NCBI GenBank assembly: GCA_963722605.1
Contig: CAVRNO010000004.1
Location: 538,335-602,334, forward strand
Source of the DNA: Candidatus Binataceae bacterium
GTDB lineage: Bacteria > Desulfobacterota > Binatia > Binatales > Binataceae
Direction: 5' to 3'
DNA: 64,000 nt
In this document: one piece after another, positions 37,042 through 47,292 of the stretch
Position numbering within the stretch: the stretch's first letter is position 1
Layout: the number at the start of each line of letters is the position of its first letter
Notes under the pieces: model-generated
What the model was told of the DNA's origin: nothing
The model's database searches: none
Seen by the model: only the letters and a program-made list of their open reading frames with translations
Translations under genes and position numbers: made by a program

Positions 37042-37807
37042 ATGAGTCTGGTCGAGTTCGCAATCGAGGACGAAATCGCAATCGTAACTATCAACCGTCC
37101 CGAGGCGCGCAACGCCGTCGATCGGCCCACCGCCGCCGCGCTGGCCGCCGCGATGCGCCGTTTCGACGCCGACGATGCTCTCTCGGTCGCGATCCTGACC
37201 GGCGCGGGCGGGACGTTTTGCGCGGGCGCGGATCTGAAAGCGGTCGCCACCGATCGCGGCAATCGCGTGACCGAGGACGGCGACGGACCGATGGGATGCT
37301 CGCGGATGATGCTCGGCAAGCCGGTGATTGCGGCGGTCGAGGGATTCGCAGTCGCGGGCGGGATCGAACTCGCGCTGTGGTGCGACCTGCGCGTGGCCGC
37401 TCGCGACGCGACCTTCGGCGTGTATTGCCGGCGCTTCGGCGTGCCGCTGGTCGATGGCGGCACGATCCGGCTGCCGCGCTTGATTGGGATGAGCCGTGCG
37501 ATGGATATGATCCTGACCGGCCGCGGTGTCTCGGGCGAAGAGGCGTTCGCGATCGGCCTGGCGAATCGAGTGGTCGAGCCGGGCGCAGCGCTGGCGGCGG
37601 CGCGTGAACTCGCCAAACAAATCGCGGGCTTTCCGCAGCGATGCATGCGCTCGGACCGGATGTCCGCGTACGAGGGCTGGACGGCTCGCGCTCGACGATG
37701 CGCTCAAAAACGAGTACCGACACGGGATCGCGACGATCCAATCAGGTGAGACGCGCGCCGGCGCCGAGCGCTTCGCGTCGGGAGTGGGCAGGCACGGCAA
37801 ATTCTGA
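37042..37807 (+). CDS. Enoyl-CoA hydratase/isomerase (crotonase) family, joinable across a 1-nt shift near 37680
   Basis: N-terminus IAIVTINRPEARNAV...GAGGTFCAGADLK. The C-terminus LALDDALKNEYRHGIATIQSGETRAGAERFASG..HGKF is in the +1 frame (ORF 37526-37807). Confidence 0.75.
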
Positions 37808-38002
37808 GCGCAGACTCGATTTAACTGCCGGTGGAGGGGGGGCATTGTGCCGCTGCCCCACTTCCTGTACCCTTACTCTCAAGTCAATCGTGACTTTATG
37901 CGCGCGTCGGATTCCGTGACGCCACCCCCTCAACCCATCAGACCCACACGTTCGGTACTACCTTCGAACTGGAATCCGGGGCTCTGAACCATAGGATACT
38001 AT

Positions 38003-39217
38003 TTGTCGTTTTCTGAATTCCCCGTATCACCCGAGATCCATCGTTCAATCAAAGACCGCGGTCATCACACACCGACCCCGGTCCAGGCCGGAGCTATCCC
38101 GGTCGCGCTCAGCGGGCGCGACGTGGTTGCCACGGCTGAAACCGGCAGCGGCAAGACCGCGGCCTTTCTGATCCCGACTATCGATCGGCTGCATCGCAAG
38201 AACACCCGGCATCTCGCCGCGCTGGTGATCATGCCGACGCGCGAGCTCGCGGCGCAGGCCGCGCGCGAGTTCGATCTGATCGCACGCCACACCCGCATCC
38301 GTTGCACGACCGTCGTCGGCGGCGAATCCGAACGGCGCCAAATCGACGAGATTCGCAAGGGCGTGCAGGTGCTCGTCGCGTGTCCCGGACGGCTCATCGA
38401 TTTTATCGAGCGCGGCATCGTCAAGCTCGACAAAATTGAAGTCGTGATCATCGACGAAGCCGACCGGCTGCTCGACATGGGCTTTCTGCCGCAGCTGCGC
38501 CGGATCATGCGGATGGTGCCGAAGAATCGCCAGACCATGATGTTCTCGGCGACGATGGCGTCCGGTCCCGAAATGATCGCGCGCGAATTTCTGACCACGC
38601 CCCAGCGGGTCACGGTCGGCGGCAAATCCGCGCCGCCGTCGCAGATTCGCCAGTCCATTTATCCGGTCACGCTCGAAAACAAGGGACCCGTGCTGCTCGA
38701 GATTCTCAAGCGTCCCGAAGTGGAGAGCGCGATCGTCTTCACCCGCACCAAGAGCCGCGCCGACCGGGTCGCCAAGATGCTGCAACGCGCCAACGTCAGG
38801 GCGGTGCAGATTCACGGCGATCGCTCGCAGAGCCAGCGCAATGCGGCGTTGGCGGGCTTCCGCGCGCGAAAGTTCCGCGTGATGGTCGCGACCGACGTGG
38901 CCGCCCGCGGACTCGACATCCCCGACGTTTCGCACGTCATCAACTTCGATCTTCCCGACGAGACCGAGGGCTACATCCATCGCATCGGCCGCACGGCCAG
39001 GATGGGCAAGGCGGGCGAAGCGATCAGCCTCGTCACCCAGGAGGAGCGCGTCAACCTGGCGCGGCTGGAACGCACGCTCGGCAACGCGCTCGATCGCGAG
39101 CACGTCGAAGGTTTCGAAAAAATCGAAATTCACGCGCCCAAGCCGGTGACCGTCTTCCGCTCGTCGGGCGCGCGCAATCGATCGGCGCGCAATCGCCCGC
39201 GCTCGCGCTGGGCGTAA
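38003..39217 (+). CDS. DEAD-box ATP-dependent RNA helicase
   Basis: Q-motif PTPVQ, AETGSGKT, PTRELA, DEAD, SAT and HRIGRTAR; TTG start in the track. Confidence 0.9.
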   Translation: MSFSEFPVSPEIHRSIKDRGHHTPTPVQAGAIPVALSGRDVVATAETGSGKTAAFLIPTIDRLHRKNTRHLAALVIMPTRELAAQAAREFDLIARHTRIRCTTVVGGESERRQIDEIRKGVQVLVACPGRLIDFIERGIVKLDKIEVVIIDEADRLLDMGFLPQLRRIMRMVPKNRQTMMFSATMASGPEMIAREFLTTPQRVTVGGKSAPPSQIRQSIYPVTLENKGPVLLEILKRPEVESAIVFTRTKSRADRVAKMLQRANVRAVQIHGDRSQSQRNAALAGFRARKFRVMVATDVAARGLDIPDVSHVINFDLPDETEGYIHRIGRTARMGKAGEAISLVTQEERVNLARLERTLGNALDREHVEGFEKIEIHAPKPVTVFRSSGARNRSARNRPRSRWA

Positions 39218-39471
39218 CCGCCGTAATTTCCCGCAACTGAGTCCGTCCACCGCCGAGCCGATCGCAACCGCGATCGGCTCGGTGGAAATCACCACGGCCA
39301 TCCCCGCCGTCGCCGGCGCCGAGCCTTCCCAAACACCCATCGACATGAACCGTCGATGCTCTCCGTCGCAGTCGCGCGTCAGTACGAAAAATCGCTACCC
39401 TGATACGCGCCAGCCGGAAGCGATCGTGCCTCTCTGTTTTTTGCGAGTCGTATTGAGCTAAAAACGGTCTG

Positions 39472-41223
39472 ATGCTGCACCAATACCCGGTTTCAATCCT
39501 CATCCGCCGCGCGCTGCTCTCGACGTGCGTCGCTCTGCTGGCCCTGACTTCGTGCAGTTCGGCTAAACTCCTGCTTCACGGAGGTGAAAGGCAAATAAAA
39601 CATGAGCCTCGGCCACCCGAGCCCGGTCCGTACGTTTTGATCTTCGCCTTTGATGGGGCCGGTTATGATCAATTGATGGCCGCGATTCAATCGGGCAAAG
39701 CGCCCGCGATGGCCGGGATGCTTGGCAAGCCCGAGGGGGGCGGATTGTACGAGCACGCCTACTCCGTGCCAAATGCGGTCAGCATTCTGCCCTCGACCAC
39801 GATCGCCGCCTGGTCGGCCATTTTCACCGGCGCGCCTACGGCCTGGAACGGGGTGGCGGGCAACGAATGGTTCGTGCGCGAGGAGATGAAATTCTACGCG
39901 CCAGTGCCCGTCTCAGTCCAAGAGATGGACGACAATCGCGCCATGATAACCGAAGGGCTGGTCGGCAAGTCGCTCAAAAGCCCGACGTTGTTTCAGCAGG
40001 CCGGGGTAAAATCGTCCGTTTCGTTGAATCCGGTTTATCGGGGCGCCGACTATTTCACGGTCATCGATCCGGTCTCGATGGTCACGCTGTACACGGATTT
40101 TTTGGTGCGTGCAGGTGGCGAGAATTCGCCCGAAAAAATCGATATCTACGAGGATCTCGACAAGGATTCAGTGCCGAAGCTGCTCGAATCCATGAAAGAT
40201 CATGGCGTTCCGAAAATTCAAGTTGTCTATTTTCCGGGAATCGATTTGTACACGCATCTCGCCGCCGATCCATTGCCGATGGAAGTCGGCTACCTCGAGA
40301 CGGTAACCGATCCTCTGGTTGCCCAAATTCTCGCGGCTTATCAAGATTACGGGATTCTCGATCAGACATACGTCATGGTGATCGCCGATCACGGCCATAC
40401 TCCTGTGTTGAGAGATCCGCAGCACGCGCTTGGCGCCGACACCAATGACGGGCCGGGAGCGGTGGTCAAAGCGGCGGGATTCCGGCCGAGAAAATTTGTC
40501 CTGAACCCCGGCGCCAACGAACAGGACTACCAGGCGGCCTTCGCATACCAGGGCGCGATCGCCTACGTCTATTTGGCCGACCGCTCAACCTGTCCCAATC
40601 CCGGCATGACCTGCGATTGGAAGCGTCCGCCTCGGTACAAGCAGGACGTGCTGCCGGCCGCGCGGGCATTCTACAACTCGAACAAAACCGGCAAGCCGGT
40701 GCCGATGATGAAGGGCGCGCTCGACTTGATCTTCGCGCGGGTTCCGACTCCGGCCGGGAAAGCTACGAAGGAGTACGAAATCTTCGACGGTCATCGATTG
40801 GTGCCGATTTGGGAATACTTGATAAGGCATCCGCGACCCGACTTGATCAAACTCGACAAGCGGATGGAATGGTTGAGCGCTGGGCCGTACGGTAATCGCA
40901 GCGGCGATATCCTGCTGCTCACAAGATCGGGACTGAACAATCCCATCCAGAACCGATACTACTTCTCGGGCCCGTATCACTCATGGCATGGCAGCGCGTC
41001 GCCACAGGACAGCCACATACCGCTGATCGTGGCGCGCAAAGATTATCCCAGCGCCAAGCTCAAGAGGATCGTCGACAAGGCCGCGGGTACGGTGCCGTCG
41101 CATCTGTCCTTGGTGCCGATCGTCCGCGCTCTGCTCGCTTCCGAACCGGCGGCTGCACCCGCCCTGCCGTCCGTCAGCGCGGGATCGGACCGGTCAGCGA
41201 CGCCCGCTGCGAAATCTCAATGA
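39472..41223 (+). CDS. Alkaline-phosphatase / nucleotide-pyrophosphatase-family lipoprotein
   Basis: Lipobox LALTSCS; metal-site motifs FAFDGAGYD and VMVIADHGHT, characteristic of AlkP-core phosphoesterases. Confidence 0.6.
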   Translation: MLHQYPVSILIRRALLSTCVALLALTSCSSAKLLLHGGERQIKHEPRPPEPGPYVLIFAFDGAGYDQLMAAIQSGKAPAMAGMLGKPEGGGLYEHAYSVPNAVSILPSTTIAAWSAIFTGAPTAWNGVAGNEWFVREEMKFYAPVPVSVQEMDDNRAMITEGLVGKSLKSPTLFQQAGVKSSVSLNPVYRGADYFTVIDPVSMVTLYTDFLVRAGGENSPEKIDIYEDLDKDSVPKLLESMKDHGVPKIQVVYFPGIDLYTHLAADPLPMEVGYLETVTDPLVAQILAAYQDYGILDQTYVMVIADHGHTPVLRDPQHALGADTNDGPGAVVKAAGFRPRKFVLNPGANEQDYQAAFAYQGAIAYVYLADRSTCPNPGMTCDWKRPPRYKQDVLPAARAFYNSNKTGKPVPMMKGALDLIFARVPTPAGKATKEYEIFDGHRLVPIWEYLIRHPRPDLIKLDKRMEWLSAGPYGNRSGDILLLTRSGLNNPIQNRYYFSGPYHSWHGSASPQDSHIPLIVARKDYPSAKLKRIVDKAAGTVPSHLSLVPIVRALLASEPAAAPALPSVSAGSDRSATPAAKSQ

Positions 41224-41906
41224 AGTTGCCGTCGGGGTCGCGGATGAACGAAATCCGCGCCACCGCGCCCAGCGTCACCGGCGCCGCGCCTTCCCAAACC
41301 CCCATCGACATGAACCGTCGATGCTCTCCGTCGCAGTCGCGCACCTGCGCCGTGATATAACGCATTCCCACTGCGCGCATCGACGCGATCACGTCCGCCG
41401 CGCCGGCCGGCGGCGTTTTCCGGGCGCGTACCGCTGCGGGATCGTGCCGGAAGCTGATAATCGTCTCTCCCAGCTTGAAGCGGCCCGCGCCAATCCTCTG
41501 CGCCTGTAGCGCGCCGGCATAGAAATTCTCAAACGCGGCCTCGTCGCTGACGCCGATATGGATTTCGATCTGATTGACGCCGCGCTGGCCGCTCGGCGTC
41601 AGCTCGACCTCGTTGCCGTCGGGGTCCTGCAACGGAAGCGGCATCGGCGTGCGCGCGATCGGAAATCAAAAGCTTTCGGTAGCCGCCCGCGACACGGGCC
41701 GGGAGAGGATCGCGGACGTGATTTATCTTGAGCACCGATCCGAGCAATCCGTAGCGATATTGCCTCACGCCTGCGCCGACCGGCAGCATCTCCTCGTAGG
41801 GCAGCCGGATTCGTTCGCCGTAAAATGCGCGCATCTCGTCCAGCCGGTTGGTGAACATCCCCACGTCGATGAATCGCTTTGCCAATTCCATTTCGATCTC
41901 CCGCAA
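41174..41906 (-). CDS. VOC/glyoxalase-family protein, joinable across a 1-nt shift near 41650
   Basis: N-terminal ORF (41529-41906) MELAKRFIDVGMFTNRLDEMRAFYGE...GGYRKLLI and C-terminal ORF (41174-41644) ...LPLQDPDGNEVELTP...IRDPDGNFIEISQ. These are tandem VOC modules in adjacent frames. Confidence 0.6.
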
Positions 41907-42050
41907 ACGCGCCGCGCGCCGTGATTATCCTCGCCCATCGCACGATCTCCGTTCAATCCCGGATGCAGGGTCACCCGGCTCCACAGACTTCGCCCGGGAT
42001 AACGCAAGCAAGCTATTGCATCGGGCAGATTATTAACTATAGTTAAGTAC

Positions 42051-42812
42051 ATGCCGGCTGCGAACCAGAGCTGGAACCGGGACGCGTACGCGCGCAACGC
42101 ACGCTTCGTCTCCGACCTCGGCGCGCCGGTGGTCGAGCTGCTGGCGCCTCGCGCCGGCGAGCGAATCCTCGACCTCGGATGCGGCGACGGAGCTCTCACC
42201 AAAAAACTCGTCGAGCTGGGATGCGACGTCGTCGGCGTGGACTCGAGCGCGCCCCAGGTCGAGGCCGCCCGCCGCCTCGGTCTCGACGCGCGCGTAGCCG
42301 ACGGCGAGCGGCTTGCCTTCGACACCGAGTTCGACGCCGTGTTCAGCAATGCCGCAATCCACTGGATGAAGCCAGCCGACGACGTGATCGCCGGTGTATG
42401 GCGCGCGCTGAAGCCCGGCGGCCGCTTCGTCGCTGAGTTCGGCGGCTACGGCTGCGTCGCCACGATCGAGCGCGCGCTGAAGGGCGCGCTCCGGCGCCGC
42501 GGCATCGACGTTGACGCACTCAACCCGTGGTACTTCCCGGCCGTCGAGGATTATTCCGCCCGGCTCGCGCGCCGCGGATTCGCCGTCAGGTACATCGCAC
42601 TAATCCCCCGCCCCACGCCGCTGCCTACTGCAATCAACGGATGGCTGGATACGTTTGCGCAAAGCTTCATGGCGCCGCTGGCGGATAGTGATCGCGCCGG
42701 TTTTATCGACGAGGTTCGCGAAGCGCTGCGGCCGGAACTCTGCGACGGCGACGGCAATTGGTTCGCCGACTACGTTCGGCTGCGCTTTGCCGCTGGCAAG
42801 CCGCGTGACTGA
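42051..42812 (+). CDS. Class I SAM-dependent methyltransferase
   Basis: Motif I ILDLGCGDGALT. Confidence 0.8.
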   Translation: MPAANQSWNRDAYARNARFVSDLGAPVVELLAPRAGERILDLGCGDGALTKKLVELGCDVVGVDSSAPQVEAARRLGLDARVADGERLAFDTEFDAVFSNAAIHWMKPADDVIAGVWRALKPGGRFVAEFGGYGCVATIERALKGALRRRGIDVDALNPWYFPAVEDYSARLARRGFAVRYIALIPRPTPLPTAINGWLDTFAQSFMAPLADSDRAGFIDEVREALRPELCDGDGNWFADYVRLRFAAGKPRD

Positions 42813-42824
42813 CAGCCGGGGCGT

Positions 42825-43601
42825 TTGAGTTCGCCAGCGTCCGGCGGCAGTATCCTGTGGGAGATGAGTATCTTCCGCGAGTTGACCGAAGGCCTGCCGC
42901 GACAGGCCCCCGGCTCCCCTAAGACAACGCTGCGTGCGCTCGCCTTGGCGCGCGGGCTGCCGCCGCGTCCGCGAATTCTGGACGTTGGATGCGGTCCCGG
43001 CGCGCAGACGATTGAGCTTGCGCGCGCCACCGGCGGCCGGATCGTGGCGGTCGATATCCGCCAGCGATTCCTCGATGAACTGACCGAGCGCGCCGCCGCG
43101 GCCGGAGTTCTGCCGGATGTGACGACCGTCAAGGCTTCGATGCTCGATATGGATTTCGCCGACGCGTCGTTCGATTTGATCTGGTCGGAGGGCGCCATCT
43201 ATATCGCGGGATTCGCCGCCGGCCTTGGCGCGTGGCGGCGGTTCCTGAAGCCCGGCGGATGGATCGCGGTCTCCGAACTGACGTGGTTGGTGCCCGATCC
43301 TCCCGCCGAAGCTGTCGCATTTTGGGCGCGAGGCTATCCCGGCATGGGATCGATCGAGCGCAACTGCCGGATCGTCGCGCAAGCCGGATACGTCGACGCC
43401 GACTGGTTCGTGCTTCCGGTGCAGGACTGGCGCAACTACTACGGGCCGGCCGAGATGCGGGTCGCCGAGCTGCGGGAAAAGTACGCCGGCGATCGCGAGG
43501 TCCTCGCAACCCTCGACGAGGCACAGCGCGAGCACGATCTCTTCCGCGCGCATCCCGGCGCCTACGGATACGTCTTCTACGTGATGCGCAAACCCGCCTG
43601 A
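42825..43601 (+). CDS. Class I SAM-dependent methyltransferase
   Basis: Motif I ILDVGCGPGAQT; a hairpin CCCCTTCCC-acat-GGGAAGGGG follows the stop (43622-43643). Confidence 0.8.
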   Translation: MSSPASGGSILWEMSIFRELTEGLPRQAPGSPKTTLRALALARGLPPRPRILDVGCGPGAQTIELARATGGRIVAVDIRQRFLDELTERAAAAGVLPDVTTVKASMLDMDFADASFDLIWSEGAIYIAGFAAGLGAWRRFLKPGGWIAVSELTWLVPDPPAEAVAFWARGYPGMGSIERNCRIVAQAGYVDADWFVLPVQDWRNYYGPAEMRVAELREKYAGDREVLATLDEAQREHDLFRAHPGAYGYVFYVMRKPA

Positions 43602-43750
43602 GCCCGCTCACCGCGATTGTTCCCCTTCCCACATGGGAAGGGGATTAGGGGTTAGGTTTGATTGGATCAAATTGACCTCTCCCTGCTCGCTTTCATTTAT
43701 TGGCGATCTGAGTTACCTGTTGCGATACAAATCAGCAGGCCTCGCGAGGA

Positions 43751-44944
43751 TTGAAAATGGACTTTTCGCTGACCCCAAAAACCGAACAATTGCGCAAGCG
43801 CGTCTCCGACTTCATGGACCAGCACGTTTATCCCATCGAAAAGGAAGTTCAGCGCGAGATGGGCGAGAGCGGGCATACCGAGCCCCAATGCCTCAAGGAC
43901 GTCCGCAAAAAAGCCAAGGCCGAGGGCCTCTGGAACCTATTTCTGCCCGGCAAAGACGGCGCCGGCCTCAAGAACCACGAGTACGCGCCGCTCTGCGAGC
44001 TGATGGGCCGCAGCCAGATTGGCGCGCGCGCGTTCAACTGCATGGCGCCCGATACCGGCAACATGGAAATCCTCTCCGAGTTCGGCACTCCCGACCAGAA
44101 AAAGAAATGGCTCCAGCCCTGCCTCGACGGCGAGATGCGCACCTGCTTCTCGATGACCGAGCCTGATACCGCCGGCTCCGATCCGACCCAGCTCAAGTCC
44201 CGCGCCGTTCGCGAGGGCGACTACTACGTGATCAACGGCCACAAGTGGTTCACCTCCAACGCGATCGGCTCGAGCTTCGCGATCGCGATGGTCGTCACCG
44301 ACCCCGACGCGCCGCCGCATCGCCGCGCCAGCCAGATAATCGTTCCGACCGACACTCCCGGATTCAACCTGGTTCGCCCCGTGCCGGTGATGGGCCACAC
44401 CGGCGGCGGCGGGCATTGCGAGATAATCTACAAGGACTGCCGCGTGCCGGTGACCAACGTGCTCGGCGAGGAAGGCGGCGGCTTCGCAATCTCGCAGGCG
44501 CGGCTCGGCCCCGGACGCATCCACCACTGCATGCGGATGATCGGCGTCGCCGAGCGAGGGCTCGAGCTGATGTGCAAGCGGGCGAACACCCGCTTCACCC
44601 ACGGCAGCTTGCTCGCCGAAAAGGCCAACATCCAGGAGTGGATCGCCAACTCCCGAATCGAGATCGACTCGTGCCGCCTGATGGTGATGCATGCGGCGTG
44701 GAAGATGGACACCGTCGGCAAGCGCGAAGCGCGCAACGAAATCTCGATGATCAAAGTGATGTGCGCGAACATGGTGATGATCGTCCTCGATCGCGCCATC
44801 CAGGTGTTCGGCGCGGCCGGCGTCAGCGACGACATCCCGATCGCGCGGATGTGGCGCGACAGCCGCTCGCTGCGAATCGCCGACGGCCCCGACGAAGTCC
44901 ATCGCATGACCATCGCGCGGCGCGAAGTGCGCAAGTACAAGTGA
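43751..44944 (+). CDS. Acyl-CoA dehydrogenase
   Basis: Full ACAD architecture with the C-terminal catalytic region (...RIADGPDEVH). Confidence 0.9.
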   Translation: MKMDFSLTPKTEQLRKRVSDFMDQHVYPIEKEVQREMGESGHTEPQCLKDVRKKAKAEGLWNLFLPGKDGAGLKNHEYAPLCELMGRSQIGARAFNCMAPDTGNMEILSEFGTPDQKKKWLQPCLDGEMRTCFSMTEPDTAGSDPTQLKSRAVREGDYYVINGHKWFTSNAIGSSFAIAMVVTDPDAPPHRRASQIIVPTDTPGFNLVRPVPVMGHTGGGGHCEIIYKDCRVPVTNVLGEEGGGFAISQARLGPGRIHHCMRMIGVAERGLELMCKRANTRFTHGSLLAEKANIQEWIANSRIEIDSCRLMVMHAAWKMDTVGKREARNEISMIKVMCANMVMIVLDRAIQVFGAAGVSDDIPIARMWRDSRSLRIADGPDEVHRMTIARREVRKYK

Positions 44945-45029
44945 CCCCGAGGCGTGTCCCAGCGGTCATCCTGAGCTCCTGCGAAGGATCTCTCCGGCGC
45001 GTCCGAGTCGCATCCTGAGCAAGTGAAGC

Positions 45030-46124
45030 ATGGCTGAAGCGGCAAAAATCGTCCCCGAATATGGCGACGTCCGCGACGAGGAGCAGCTCGACTGGGTCAA
45101 GCTCGCCGCCTTCTTGCGCGGCAAGATTCCCGGCGCCGACGCCCCCCTCACCGTCCAGCAGTTCCGCGGCGGCTCGTCCAATCTGACCTACCTGCTGCGC
45201 TTCGGCGACCGCGAATGGGTCGTGCGACGGCCGCCATTCGGGCCGCTGCCCGTCGGCGGGCACGACATGGGCCGCGAGTACAAGGTGCTCTCGCGGCTGT
45301 GGGAGGTCTTCAAGCCGGCGCCGCGCGCGATGCTCTACAGCGACGACGTGTCGATCATCGGCGCTCCATTTTTCGTGATGGAACGGCGCACCGGGATCGT
45401 CATCAAGAATCGCGAACCGCTGCCCCCGGAACTCGGCAACGAACCGGCGACCTTTCGCGCAATCTCGGAGGGTTTCATCGACACGCTGGCCGATTTGCAC
45501 GAAGTCGATTACGCGGCGATCGGACTTGCCTCGCTCGGCAAGCCCGACGGATTCCTGAAGCGCCAGGTCACCGGATGGATGGGGCGATGGGAGAAGGCCA
45601 AGACCCGCGAAGTGCCGCTGATGGAGAAACTCGGCGCCTGGTTTCTCGACAACCTCCCCGTGTCGCCCCCGCCGGTGCTCGTGCACAACGACTTCTACCT
45701 GCACAACATCATGCTCGGCGCGGTCAATCACGGTGAGGTGGTCGGTGTGTTCGACTGGGAAATGTCCACCATCGGCGATCCGCTGGTCGATCTCGGCATC
45801 GCGATTGGCTATTGGCGCGACAAGAGCGACCCGCCCGAACTGCTGGTGACTTCCTACGGCGAGGCGCACACGCTGCGCCCCGGCTTCATGACCCGCGACG
45901 AGCTGGTGCATCGCTATTCGACCCGCACCGGCCGCGACGTGAGCGGCATCCCGTTTTACTGGGCGTGGGCGCATTGGAAGACTGCGACCGTCGTCGAGCA
46001 AATCTACGTCCGCTACGTGCGCGGGCAGACCACCGATCCGCGCTTCGCCCTGATGGGTCCGATGGCGCCGGCGCTCGCGCACGCCGCCGCGCAGGTAGCC
46101 TCCCGCCTCGGCTTCAAGGAGTAA
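45030..46124 (+). CDS. Phosphotransferase-family (APH-like) protein associated with acyl-CoA dehydrogenase
   Basis: APH/CHK kinase motifs LVHNDFYLHNIM and DWEMSTIGDP. Confidence 0.8.
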   Translation: MAEAAKIVPEYGDVRDEEQLDWVKLAAFLRGKIPGADAPLTVQQFRGGSSNLTYLLRFGDREWVVRRPPFGPLPVGGHDMGREYKVLSRLWEVFKPAPRAMLYSDDVSIIGAPFFVMERRTGIVIKNREPLPPELGNEPATFRAISEGFIDTLADLHEVDYAAIGLASLGKPDGFLKRQVTGWMGRWEKAKTREVPLMEKLGAWFLDNLPVSPPPVLVHNDFYLHNIMLGAVNHGEVVGVFDWEMSTIGDPLVDLGIAIGYWRDKSDPPELLVTSYGEAHTLRPGFMTRDELVHRYSTRTGRDVSGIPFYWAWAHWKTATVVEQIYVRYVRGQTTDPRFALMGPMAPALAHAAAQVASRLGFKE

Positions 46125-46179
46125 CACTTCGGCGCGTCTCAGGAGCCCACGCCGCGCGCGGTGGCGGACCGGTAATCCG

Positions 46180-47172
46180 CTATCGTGACCGCCGGGCTGG
46201 TGCGCCCGACCATTTCCGGATTTCGTTCCAGCTCCAACTCTCGAGGTTCGGCACCTCGCCGCCGTCAATGAATACCTCGCCAAGATTTTTCGCACGATGT
46301 GAAAATTGCTGCGCAAACGGAGTCAAGTGGTCTTCAAGATATTTGTCGAAGAAATCGATGTGAACGGCATCAATCGCGGAGTGCCTAAAGGGGGTGTCGC
46401 CGCTGAGGGGAGCCACGTTTGGTTCCTGCCGAACTATCCTTACCCAAGGAGTATAGACGGGCTCTGCGACGCGATCCGGGCCTTCCACCAGAATCATAGG
46501 GGCATCGAGCACCGCTACCGATAAGGCCGCTCTTGCGAAGACGCCACTGTTGTCCGGGCTGTGAGCGTGACCGTAGACCGATCTGGCATGATCAGCGGCC
46601 TTCGACAGAGGAAGAACGAGACTGTTGAAAGGGTTAGCGCCTGAGAGCTCGACTTTGTTGCCATTCGGTCTGGCCTGACTGAACGAGGCCGCTCTATCTG
46701 TCCCTAGCGACACGAAAGGCAGCTCGCATAGTCCCAGAGCCCGAGAAGCTGAGACGAGTTCGTGCCGCTCGGGATTCTTTGACGAGTTCTTTTCCCAAAG
46801 CGAAACCCCTCCATATGGCAGGCCGAAAACGGAAGGGAACCAGAGCATGTCTGGACGAGTCACCATTCGGAAGAAAATGTAGGGGTGCTCCGACTTTTTG
46901 CATTCGATCATTAGGACAATGCCTGGTATCACTTCCGCTCTTAGATCGAATCTCCCTTCCGACGATGCAAGTACGTCTAGGCTTCTTGTGTCGCCGCTGT
47001 CCCGATCTGAATATCCCCACTCCTCGGTGACGTTAAATCCGCGCTTCACCAACCGATCAGCAACCACGCTCTGGAGAGGGTATCCAGATTTCTCGATGCC
47101 ATTGATGAGATCGGCTTCTCTGATTCCTGTGGGGATACGGTTTCGTTCCGGGTTGCTGGGCTTTTGCTTCAT
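46180..47172 (-). CDS. Hypothetical protein with a PD-(D/E)xK-like nuclease motif (lower-GC islet)
   Basis: SLDVLASSEGRFDLRAEVIPGIVLMIECKKS gives a D...E-x-K arrangement; by eye the G+C is lower than in flanking genes. Confidence 0.45.
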   Translation of the reverse strand: MKQKPSNPERNRIPTGIREADLINGIEKSGYPLQSVVADRLVKRGFNVTEEWGYSDRDSGDTRSLDVLASSEGRFDLRAEVIPGIVLMIECKKSEHPYIFFRMVTRPDMLWFPSVFGLPYGGVSLWEKNSSKNPERHELVSASRALGLCELPFVSLGTDRAASFSQARPNGNKVELSGANPFNSLVLPLSKAADHARSVYGHAHSPDNSGVFARAALSVAVLDAPMILVEGPDRVAEPVYTPWVRIVRQEPNVAPLSGDTPFRHSAIDAVHIDFFDKYLEDHLTPFAQQFSHRAKNLGEVFIDGGEVPNLESWSWNEIRKWSGAPARRSR

Positions 47173-47292
47173 CTGGTTTAGACCCCAATGGTTGGTTCGG
47201 TAACCTCAACATTGTGAACTACGCGAAGATTAGAGCACAATATTCACCACGGTAAATCTCGGGAAACGACCCGCAAAAGGACGCTCAACAAA

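Noticed and set aside
38045-39346. Long antisense ORFs opposite real genes, such as 38045-39346(-), 50240-51934(-), 31387-32874(-), 24310-24999(-), 3520-4422(-) and 44823-46316(-)
   Set aside because: These show high-GC, stop-codon-poor antisense frames with Arg/Gly/Ala-dominated low-complexity translations. Each lies opposite a gene with clear family motifs (DEAD-box helicase, CoxL, sbp/cysT, Trp-repeat protein, parA, phosphotransferase).
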